DNA of 64,000 bases from an uncultured Thermoleophilia bacterium (GTDB lineage: Bacteria; Actinomycetota; Thermoleophilia; Miltoncostaeales; Miltoncostaeaceae): assembly GCA_963842065.1 (NCBI GenBank), contig CAWJEW010000007.1, positions 146,707-210,706 of the forward strand, given 5' to 3'. Below, piece by piece: positions 9,410 to 22,553 of this stretch. Made by a program: the position numbers and the translations under genes. Position 1 is the first letter of the stretch. Each line of letters starts with the position of its first letter. The notes under the pieces were generated by a model. That model ran no database searches, was not told the DNA's origin, and saw nothing but the letters and a program-made list of their open reading frames with translations.

Positions 9410-10229
9410 TCCGCGCACCGGCCAAGCTCAACCTCGTGCTGCGCGTCGGTCCGCTCGCGCGCCGACGGCTACCACCCGCTCGCGACCCTGATGGTGGCCC
9501 TCGAGGGGCTCGAGGACGAGGTGGCGATCGCCGCGGCGCCCGAGCGGATCCTTGACTGCCCCGGCGCCCCCGCGGGGCCGGCGAACCTGGCCTGGCGCGC
9601 AGTCGATGCGCTGGAGGCGGCGTGCGCCAGGCCGTTGCCCGCGCGGATCGAGATCACCAAGCGCATCCCGATGCAGGCGGGGCTTGGTGGCGGATCCAGC
9701 GACGCCGGCGCGGTGCTCGTCGGGATCAACGCGCTGTACGGGCTGGGCCTCGGGACCGATGCGCTCGAAGGGCTGGCGGCAACAGTGGGCGCCGACGTTC
9801 CGTTTTTCATCCGCGGCGGGACCCAGTGGGCCACCGGCCGCGGCGAGCGGCTGACGCCGCAGCCGCCGCCCGCGGACCTGTGGGCCGTGATCTGCGGACC
9901 CGTCGCGTCGCTGTCGACGACCGAGGTGTACCGCACGTTCGACCGACTCGGGGGCGCCGGCGCGATCGACCCCGAGCCGCCCGCCGGGGCTCTGGGCGAC
10001 CGGCGGCTGGGTCGCCAACGACCTGTGGCCGGCCGCGCGGACGCTCGCCCCGGCGTTGGATGCCGCGGCGTCCGAGTTGGCGCGCCGGGGCGCCCACGAG
10101 ATCCTGTTGTGCGGCAGCGGCGGCGCCATCGCCGGATTGTGGACCCGCCGCGATGCCGCGCAGACCGCCGCTGACGGCCTGCCATCGGCCATCGCGGTGA
10201 CGTGCCCGCGCGCCGCCGCGACAGCGTGA
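9391..10229 (+). pseudogene. ispE: 4-(cytidine 5'-diphospho)-2-C-methyl-D-erythritol kinase IspE, two apparent +1 frame breaks (about 9451-9464 and about 9990-10010)
   Basis: Three frame segments join: MADRLVIRAPAKLNLVLRVGP, then RADGYHPLATL...PMQAGLGGGSSDAGAVL (GHMP kinase motif), then WVANDLWPAA...LLCGSGGAIAGLW with stop at 10227-10229. The ATG at 9391 overlaps the rsmA 3' end by 19 nt. Confidence 0.85.
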
Positions 10230-10268
10230 TCAGGCGCAGAATCCCGTGCGCGATACAATGGTCTGACC

Positions 10269-10655
10269 GTGGATAACCAGCAGCCGATCATCATCGAGCA
10301 CCACGCCCGCGGAACCGGTCCGGGCACGGGCGGGGGCCCGACCAACTTCCTGCGCCGCCGCCGCTGGTCCATCGCCGCGGTGATCGCGCTCGCCGAGATG
10401 CTGTATGTCATCGTCGGCCGGCCGACGTGGTTTGTTGCCTCGCTCGTTGCGCTCCTGGTGCTCGTGCTCGCCGTCCTGGGCATCCGCCACCTGCGCCCGG
10501 GCATCTTCCGCGACGCGCTCATGATCATCGCGATCTCCCAGGGCATGGTCCTGGTGATCCCGATCGCGATCACGGCCTCCTTCGCCCTCGGCCTGCTGCT
10601 GGCGGTGCTGGTGATCATCGGCGTGGCGATCCTCGCGTTCCGGCTCGGCGCCTAG
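10269..10655 (+). CDS. small integral membrane protein, function unknown
   Basis: A 128-aa ORF (GTG start) with three or four clear hydrophobic helices. No recognisable motif. Confidence 0.5.
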   Translation: MDNQQPIIIEHHARGTGPGTGGGPTNFLRRRRWSIAAVIALAEMLYVIVGRPTWFVASLVALLVLVLAVLGIRHLRPGIFRDALMIIAISQGMVLVIPIAITASFALGLLLAVLVIIGVAILAFRLGA

Positions 10656-10730
10656 CCCAGCGACGTCTGCGGTGTCTGCCGCCGCCGAGGTTTCACCTGC
10701 AAATCGGCCTCCCACTTCCCGGATCCGCCG

Positions 10731-12970
10731 ATGCACGTCAGACTACGGTCAATGCTGAACGCCGCCGACGCCACGGAGCTGCCGATCGATCTACACGATC
10801 CGGCGCTCTACACCAACCGTGAGCTGAGCTGGCTGGACTTCTTCGCCCGGGTGCTCGCCCAGGCCGAGGACCCGGCCGCACCACTGCTCGAGCGGTGCCG
10901 GTTCCTGGCGATCTGCGCAAGCATCCTGGACGAGTTCTTCATGGTGCGGGTCGCCGCCATGCAGGAGGCGGCGGCCGCGGGGCGCCGCCCGTCGACCCCG
11001 GATGCGATGCCACGTGACCAGGTCATCGCCGCGGTCGGTGCACGCATCCGCGAGCTGATCGTCGCACAGGTCCGGGTCTGGACCGAGCACGTGCGGCCGG
11101 CCCTCGCCGCGGAGCGCATTCTCGTGTCCGACGTGGCCGACCTCGACGACGACCAGCGCGCCACGATCGGCCATCTGTACGACCGTCAGATCGCCCCGAC
11201 GCTGACGCCGCTGGCCGTCGGTCCGGGGCTGCCATTCCCGTATATCTCGGGCCTGTCGCTCAATCTCGGCATGATCGTGCGCGACCCCGAAACCCGCGAA
11301 CAACGCTTCGCGCGGGTCAAGGTCCCGCCGGGACTGCCGCGGCTGATGCCGGTCGATGCGCATCTCGTGCCGCTCGAGCAGCTGATGGCGGCGCACATCG
11401 ATCGCCTCTTCCCGGGGATGGACGTCGTCGAGTGCGTGCGGTTCCGGGTCACGCGCGATGCGGACTTCGACATCTCCGAGGACGCCGACGATCTGCTGGG
11501 GGCGGTTCAGGACCAGCTGCGCCAGCGGCGCTTCGGCCACGTGGTGCGGCTCGAGATCCAGGAAGGCGCCTCGCCAATGATCCTGGACGAGCTGTCCCGC
11601 GCGCTCGAGGTCGCGACGGGCGACATCTACACCGTGCCGGGCCTGCTCGACATGACGTGCCTGGGCAAGGTCGCCAACCTCGACCGGCCCGAGCTCAAGT
11701 ACGCGCCCTGGGAGCCGGTCATCCCCCGGCGACTGCGCTCGCTCGACGAGGAGCCGGTCGACATCTTCGGCGTGATCCGCCATCGAGACCTGATCGTCCA
11801 CCACCCGTACGACGACTTCCACGCCAGCGTCGAGCGGTTCGTCGTCAACGCGGTCGACGACCCGTCGGTGCTGGCGATCAAACAGACCGTGTACCGCACC
11901 AGCGGCGACTCGCCGATCGTGCCGGCCCTGATCCGTGCGGCCGAGCGCGGCATTCAGACGGTGTGCCTGGTGGAGGTCAAGGCCCGCTTCGACGAAGAGC
12001 GCAACATCCGTTGGGCCCGCGCGATGGAGCGCGCCGGCGTGCACGTCGTCTACGGCATCCCCGCCCTCAAGACCCACGGCAAGCTGTGCCTGGTCGTGCG
12101 CCAGGAAGGCGACGCCGTCGCGCGGTACGTACACATCGGCACCGGCAACTACAACCCGGCCACCGCGCACCTGTACACGGACGTGGGCCTGTTCACCTGC
12201 GATGCCGACATCACCGGCGACGTCGCGAACCTGTTCAACTACCTGACCGGGTTCGGGCGGCCACCCGAGTACCAGAAGATCCTGGTCGCACCCGTCCACC
12301 TGCGCGACGGCCTGATCGCCGAGCTCGACCGGGTCATCGAGGCCCATCGCGCCGGCACGCCCGGACACGTTGTGATGAAGCTCAACGCCTGCATCGACGG
12401 GCCCATCATCGAGGCGATCTACCGTGCATCTGGGGCAGGCGTGAAAGTCGATCTGATCGTGCGCAGCATTTGCGGACTGCGCCCCGGGATTGCGGGCGTC
12501 AGCGAGAACGTCCGGGTGGTCTCGATCGTCGGACGCTTCCTCGAGCATGCGCGCATCTTCGCGTTCCACTCGGGTCGTCGACGCGCGTGTTCATCGGATC
12601 CGCCGACATGATGGTGCGCAACCTCGATCACCGCGTCGAGGTCCTGACGCCCGTGGAGGACCCTGCCTGTCAGCGCGAGCTGCTGACGGCGATGGACCTC
12701 GAGCTCGCCGACACCGAGCTCGGGTGGGAACTGCATGCCGACGGCACCTGGGAGCACCTCCGGCCGGTCGACGGACAGGAACCGTTCAACAGCCAGCACG
12801 CGCTCATGCGGCGCGCCCTCGACACACTAGGCGCCGGCCGGACCGTCAAGCGCCGCGACACGCGCCCGGGCGACGGGCGTCGGCGGCGCGCGGCGCGACC
12901 AGATCATCAGCCCGTTGAGGATCACGCGGGGCCGGAGCAGGGGGCGCCACACCACGTTGGGGTCGGTTGA
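10731..12970 (+). pseudogene. ppk1: polyphosphate kinase 1, one apparent -1 frame break near 12567-12590; the 3' end is uncertain
   Basis: NRELSWLDF, IGTGNYN and VGRFLEHARIF lie in the first frame. VFIGSADMMVRNLDHRVEVLTPVEDP continues in the frame of ORF 11432..12970. That frame then runs 143 nt into the convergent LysR gene. Confidence 0.85.
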
Positions 12971-13727
12971 CGCCTTGGCGACGAACTCCGAGATCACCGA
13001 GACGCCAGCGCCATCGGCGAGCATCTTCGCCATCACCCCGGGAACGTCCGGGACATCGATCGGGCGCGGCTCGAAGCCGGCCCGCCGGTACGCCGACACC
13101 AGGGCATCGTGGGTACCCGGCGGCGCATCCCGCTCCCACCACAGGATCGGGTACGGCTCGAGGCGCCTCGATGGTGAGCTCGGCCTGCTCGGCAAGGACA
13201 TGGCCGGCCGGCAGCACGACCACCGGGACATCGACAAACGCGGGCACCGCGTCCACCTCGGTGTCCTCGAGCGGGCCGTAGACGAACGCGATGTCGACGC
13301 GCCCGTCGCGCACCAGCCGGACCGCTTCGGCGGTGAGGGCCGCCACGTACTCGAGCTCCGCGCCGCCGAAGACCGGTGTCGCCGCATCGGCCACCGCCAC
13401 GACCGACGGGTGCTGGGCGAAGCCCCCGAGCGGCACCCCGACCCGGACGACCCGACGCTGCCGGACCGCCCGCGCGCCGCGGACCGCGGCGACCAGCGCC
13501 GCATAGGCCGGCGGCGCCTCGCGCTCGAGCGCAGCGCCCGCCTCGGTCAGATCCACGCCCTTGGGGTGGCCCCGGAACAGCGGCGTGCCGATCTCATGCT
13601 CGAGCCGCCGGATCTGTTGGCTCAGGCTCGGCTGGGCGATCCCGACGCGGGCCGCCGCGCGGCCGACCTGCCCTTCCTCGGCGGCCACGAAGAACTCGCG
13701 CAGGCGCGTGGCGTCGACGGCCTCCAT
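12827..13727 (-). pseudogene. LysR-family transcriptional regulator, one apparent frame break near 13160-13172
   Basis: The HTH VGRAAARVGIAQPSLSQQIRRLE lies in the frame starting at ATG 13727. The C-terminal substrate-binding half (LEPYPILWWERDAPPGTHDALVSAYRRAGFEP...) lies in the frame of ORF 12827..13504. Confidence 0.75.
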
Positions 13728-13841
13728 AGGATGATCCGATCGGCTCGCCGGACGGGTCCTAGTGGACGGCGCGCGCGCGAGTCGCAACGCTGTGGGAAAG
13801 CCGGCACGGGGCCGGATCGGTCATGACCATGGAGTGTGCCG

Positions 13842-14711
13842 ATGTCGTCAATAACGTCCCAATTCGATCTCACCGGCAGGACCGCGCTGGTCACCGGCGC
13901 CTCCTCGGGGCTGGGAGTCGATTTTGCCCACGCGCTCGCCGCCGTCGGCGCGAACGTGGTGCTCGCCGCGCGCCGGCGTGATCGCCTCGATGCGCTTGCC
14001 GCCGATATTTCCGCGGGCGGCGGGAACGCGCTCGCCGTCGCGTGCGACGTGACCGACGAGGACCAAGTCGCCACGGCCGTCGCGGCGGCGGTCGAGACGT
14101 TCGGCGGCCTGCACATCGCCGTCGCCAACGCGGGCTCCGTCCCCGAGGGTGGCGCCATGCCCGAGAAGATGCCCGCCGACCTGTTCCGGCAGTCGGTCGA
14201 CATCAACCTGACCGGCACGTTCGTCACCGCGACCGGCGCGGCCCGCCACATGCTCGCGCATGGGGGCGGCTCGATCATCATGCTGGCCTCGGTGGCCGGC
14301 TCGGGCGGGCACTTCAACGTTCCCGTCGGCTACGCGACCTCCAAGGCCGCGACGATTCACCTGGCCAAGTACCTCGGCACACACTGGGCAGACCGCGGCG
14401 TACGCGTCAACGCGATCGGCCCGGGCTGGTTCCCGAGCGAGATGACCGACCAGGTCCTTGGCGTCCCGTCATTCCGGACCCGGATCGAACAGCAGACGCC
14501 CATGGCGCGGATCGGTGAGCCGCACGAGCTGATCGGCGCCCTGCTGCTGCTGGCATCGGACGCCGGCAGCTACATCACGGGCCAGACGATCTTCGTGGAC
14601 GGCGGCATGACGGCCTCGGTCGGCGCCAGCCCGTACCCCGAGGAGCTCTACCGGCTGCACAGCCAGATCATGCCCCACGGGCTCGGGGATCGGATCCTGC
14701 CCGCGTCCTGA
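13842..14711 (+). CDS. short-chain dehydrogenase/reductase (SDR) family oxidoreductase
   Basis: Cofactor motif TGASSGLG and catalytic YATSKAA (YxxxK) are present. The gene is divergent from the LysR gene. GGAG lies 7 nt upstream of ATG 13842. Confidence 0.85.
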   Translation: MSSITSQFDLTGRTALVTGASSGLGVDFAHALAAVGANVVLAARRRDRLDALAADISAGGGNALAVACDVTDEDQVATAVAAAVETFGGLHIAVANAGSVPEGGAMPEKMPADLFRQSVDINLTGTFVTATGAARHMLAHGGGSIIMLASVAGSGGHFNVPVGYATSKAATIHLAKYLGTHWADRGVRVNAIGPGWFPSEMTDQVLGVPSFRTRIEQQTPMARIGEPHELIGALLLLASDAGSYITGQTIFVDGGMTASVGASPYPEELYRLHSQIMPHGLGDRILPAS

Positions 14712-14926
14712 CCGGTCCGGCACGGCCACGGCGGGTCGCACCCGTGCAATCCTCGATCTATCCGTGATGGTCGTCGCCGGGTGCTTCGGCACTCGGTGAC
14801 GCCGACACGGCCGCGTCATAACGCACCCGCGGGGATGCGCGTTTCGACGCGGCGCTATAGCCTTGCGTGCGGACTGCCGCATAGGCAGCGGCATCACGTT
14901 CTCTGGATTCGATAAGCGAGGTTCCT

Positions 14927-15151
14927 ACGCCGAGCAACAAAGAAGAGGCAATCGAGGTCGAAGGCGAGGTCACCGAGGCCCTGCCGAACACGATGTTCCG
15001 AGTCGTCCTGGACAACGACCACGAGGTGCTGGCCCACATGGCCGGCCGCATGCGACGATTCCGCATCCGCATCAACCCGGGCGACCGCGTCCGCGTCGAG
15101 CTTTCGCCCTACGACCTGACCCGCGGGCGGATCGTCTACCGCGAGAAGTAG
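14927..15151 (+). CDS. infA: translation initiation factor IF-1, no canonical start codon (best candidate ACG 14927)
   Basis: [70 protein letters not shown] is an unmistakable IF-1 S1 domain. It is not in the ORF track because the frame has no ATG/GTG/TTG after the in-frame TAG at 14882. Confidence 0.85.
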   Translation, partial: TPSNKEEAIEVEGEVTEALPNTMFRVVLDNDHEVLAHMAGRMRRFRIRINPGDRVRVELSPYDLTRGRIVYREK

Positions 15152-15190
15152 TGTGCGGCACGGCCGCGTACTCCCGGCCACGCCGCACAC
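15151..15190. terminator. long hairpin between convergent infA and the thioredoxin-TPR gene
   Basis: gtgtgcggc (15151-15159) pairs with gccgcacac (15182-15190), and there is an inner ggccg/cggcc pairing. Confidence 0.4.
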
Positions 15191-15203
15191 CACGCCCGAG
15201 GGT

Positions 15204-15974
15204 CTAGTAGAGCGCCTGCGCCAGCCGCTTGCGGAAGCGCGCGGTCAGCGGATGGTGCTCGCCCAGCTCCCCGAACATCCCGACGATCGCGGCGCGCAGC
15301 GTGTCGCGACGCTCCGGGTCGGAGGTCCCACGCACCGCGTCGAGCATATGCGTCAGCGCCTGCTCGCTCAGCCCCGCATCCCAGGCGGCCAGGCCGGCCT
15401 GGATGTCGGGGTGGTCGATGTCGGCGAGCGCGAGCCGCGCGAGGATGCCGGCCGCCTGGCTGTCGTACGAGATGGGGTTGAGCAGCGGCGCGATCTCGTC
15501 GGTCGCACCCTCGGCCATCAGCAGACGCGCCAAGGCGAGGCGGGCGCCGGTGTTGGTGGGATCCAGCTCGAGGGCCTCGCGCAGCGACGCCTCGTCACCG
15601 AGTTCCACGAGCCGGTCCGCCTTCGTCGGCAGCAGGCGTTTGATGAAGGCGTCGATCGTGTGCGCGGATTGCAGGCCCGTGAACTCGTCAACGACGTTGC
15701 CGTCGCGGAACACCTTGACGAGCGGGATGCTCATGACGCGGTAGCGCTGGGCGAGCATTGGGTTCTCGTCGATGTTGACCTTCGCGAGCACGACCTCGTC
15801 CTCGTGGCGACCCACGGCGGTCTCGAGCAGCGGGGTGAGTTGGCGGCACGGCGCGCACCAGGGCGCCCAGAAGTCCACGACCACGGCGACCTCACGGGAG
15901 CGCTCGATGACGTCGTGTTCAAACGTCGCGTCCGTCGTATCCACCTCAACCCCTTTCCGCGTTGTGCTTGGCAC
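15204..15974 (-). CDS. thioredoxin-domain protein with C-terminal TPR-like domain (YbbN/CnoX-like)
   Basis: The active site WAPWCAPC is followed by a helical repeat region. The total of 256 aa fits a thioredoxin plus TPR architecture. Confidence 0.8.
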   Translation of the reverse strand: MPSTTRKGVEVDTTDATFEHDVIERSREVAVVVDFWAPWCAPCRQLTPLLETAVGRHEDEVVLAKVNIDENPMLAQRYRVMSIPLVKVFRDGNVVDEFTGLQSAHTIDAFIKRLLPTKADRLVELGDEASLREALELDPTNTGARLALARLLMAEGATDEIAPLLNPISYDSQAAGILARLALADIDHPDIQAGLAAWDAGLSEQALTHMLDAVRGTSDPERRDTLRAAIVGMFGELGEHHPLTARFRKRLAQALY

Positions 15975-16002
15975 TCACCGTAGCGAAGTGCCAAAACAAA
16001 CG

Positions 16003-16221
16003 TTAGACGTTCGGCGGGTTGCAGAGCGGACAGGGCTCCCAGTGGCGCGAGAGATAGCGCCACGGGCCGTGCACGACGGCACGCACGCCATGCGCGCGGC
16101 GGTGGGGCGCGTACGCGCAGGTCAAGCGGTGGTAGTGGCCCCATCCGTCGTCGCTCATCTTGGCGACGACTCCCTCAAGCGCGGCGTCCCGCGAGCGCGG
16201 CTCGAAGCTGATCGTGGTCAT
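16003..16221 (-). CDS. small Cys/His-rich hypothetical protein (72 aa)
   Basis: ATG 16221 is preceded by GGAGG. The sequence HYHRLTCAYAPHRRAH...EPCPLC suggests a metal-binding knuckle. No family recognised. Confidence 0.45.
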   Translation of the reverse strand: MTTISFEPRSRDAALEGVVAKMSDDGWGHYHRLTCAYAPHRRAHGVRAVVHGPWRYLSRHWEPCPLCNPPNV

Positions 16222-16360
16222 GTCACCCCTCCTTCGGGGCTCGCAGGTGTCTCGGTCCACACCTGCGCAGTGCGCGTGTTGCGTTCTCTTATGCGAATCG
16301 ACCGTAGCGCACGTAACTTGAGGTGTCGCCCGTTCGGGTGGTTAGTTACGCTTGGGTGTC

Positions 16361-18043
<1,683 letters not shown>

Positions 18044-18208
18044 CAGGCAGTTCGCCCCGCCGACGCGCCCTGCGCGGCGCGGCACGACGGTCCGGATGCG
18101 CCCGCCGCGCGCCCTCGACCCACGGCCGGCGCCACGCGAGGGGCGCGACCGGGGCGTTCCCTCCGGTACCCTGAAGATGCGCAGACCCGAACCATCCGAG
18201 CTTGAGGA

Positions 18209-20917
<2,709 letters not shown>

Positions 20918-21043
20918 CCAAGGCACGCTCGCGGCGCGGGCCCTGGCGACTCGCACCGCGATAGCCTGTGCGGCGAACACGGCCGGTCGTCTCCACCCCG
21001 CAGGCGGCAGGGTTTCATTCGTTTCGATCTGAGGAGATCACAC

Positions 21044-22456
21044 GTGCTCGAGGTCGACGTCGCGGTACTCGGCGGTGGACCGGGCGGCTATCCGGCCGCC
21101 ATCCGCGCGGCCCAGCTCGGGCTGAGCGTGGCCGTCATCGAACAGGGCCGCCTGGGCGGCACCTGCCTCAACGTGGGCTGCATCCCGACCAAGGCATGGG
21201 TGCAGAGCGCCCACGCCATGAAGGACGCCCACGAGACCTTCGCCAAGCTCGGGGTCAACGTCCCGTCGGTGCAGTTGGACTTCGCCCAGGTCCAGAGGAA
21301 CAAGGATGAGATCATCGACCGCTCGGTGAGCGGGGTCGGCGGTCTGCTCAAGGCCAACGGGGTCACAGTCGTCGAAGGGCGCGGGAAGTTCACCGACGCG
21401 AACACGATCACCACCGACTCGGGTGAGACCGTCGAGTTCAAGAACGCCGTCATCGCGACCGGCTCGAGCCCGACCCGTCCCCCGGTGGAGGGGATCGACG
21501 GGCCGCGCTGCGTCGATTCGACCGGCCTGTTGGCCATCGACGTGGTCCCGCCCCGGCTGATCGTGCTCGGTGGAGGCGTCATCGGGGTGGAGTTCGCGTC
21601 CGTGTTCTCCCACTTCGGCAGCGATGTCGCGATCGTCGAGATGCTCGACCACCTGATCGCGACCGAGGATGCCGAGGCGTGCACCGAGCTCGAGCGCGCG
21701 TTCAAAAAGCGCAAGATCGCCCAGCACCTAGGCGCCCGCGCCTCCCGCGTCGAGGAGACCAAGGACGGCGTCATCCTGTACTTCGCCGACGCCGGTGGCG
21801 ACGAGCAGCAGGTCGAGGGCGACCTGCTGCTCGTCGCCACCGGCCGGCGCGCCAACGTCGCCGACATCGGCCTCGAGGCCGCCGGGGTCCATTTCGAGCC
21901 GACCCGCATCACCACCGACGAATACCGGTGCACCAACGTCCCGCACATCTACGCCGTCGGCGACGTGGCGGGCTACTGGCAGCTCGCCCACACCGCCTTC
22001 CGGGAAGGGGAGCTGGCCGCCGAGAACATCGCCGGGCACAACATCGCCGTGTCGGGCGCCGTGCCGCGGTGCATCTACACGGACCCGGAGATCGCCGGCG
22101 TCGGGCTGACCGAGGAGGAGGCGATCGCCGAGTACGGTAAGGAGCGCGTCCGCATCGGCAAGTTCCCGTTCTCGGCGCTCGCGCGCGCGGCCATGTTCGC
22201 CGACCGCACCGGCTTCGTGAAGACGATCCACGAGACCACCCTCGATGAGCTGCTCGGTGTGGTGGTGGTGGGGATGTCGGCGACCGAGATCATCAACGCC
22301 GGCGTGGTTGGGATCGACTCGGAGGCGCGGGTCGACACGATCGGCGACGCGATCACCGCCCACCCGACGCTTGCCGAAGCCCTCAAGGAGGCCGCGCTTA
22401 TGGGCCTGGACCGGCCGCTGCACTGGCCGCCGGCCAAGAAGAAGGTCGCCGCCTAG
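21044..22456 (+). CDS. lpdA: dihydrolipoyl dehydrogenase
   Basis: FAD motif GGGPGGY, redox-active disulfide GGTCLNVGCIPTK and C-terminal dimerisation motif HPTLAEAL are present. Confidence 0.9.
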   Translation: MLEVDVAVLGGGPGGYPAAIRAAQLGLSVAVIEQGRLGGTCLNVGCIPTKAWVQSAHAMKDAHETFAKLGVNVPSVQLDFAQVQRNKDEIIDRSVSGVGGLLKANGVTVVEGRGKFTDANTITTDSGETVEFKNAVIATGSSPTRPPVEGIDGPRCVDSTGLLAIDVVPPRLIVLGGGVIGVEFASVFSHFGSDVAIVEMLDHLIATEDAEACTELERAFKKRKIAQHLGARASRVEETKDGVILYFADAGGDEQQVEGDLLLVATGRRANVADIGLEAAGVHFEPTRITTDEYRCTNVPHIYAVGDVAGYWQLAHTAFREGELAAENIAGHNIAVSGAVPRCIYTDPEIAGVGLTEEEAIAEYGKERVRIGKFPFSALARAAMFADRTGFVKTIHETTLDELLGVVVVGMSATEIINAGVVGIDSEARVDTIGDAITAHPTLAEALKEAALMGLDRPLHWPPAKKKVAA

Positions 22457-22528
22457 ACCGTATGGAGCGCCGGGCCCATTAGGGCGGCGCCACCGCGTGC
22501 AGCGGTGCGGATCGTCCGCCGCCCGGGC

Positions 22529-22553
22529 GCGCCTGCCCCTCCGGCGCAGGCGC
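22529..22553. terminator. hairpin between convergent lpdA and the aminotransferase gene
   Basis: gcgcctgc (22529-22536) pairs with gcaggcgc (22546-22553). It sits directly against the minus-strand stop at 22554. Confidence 0.4.
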
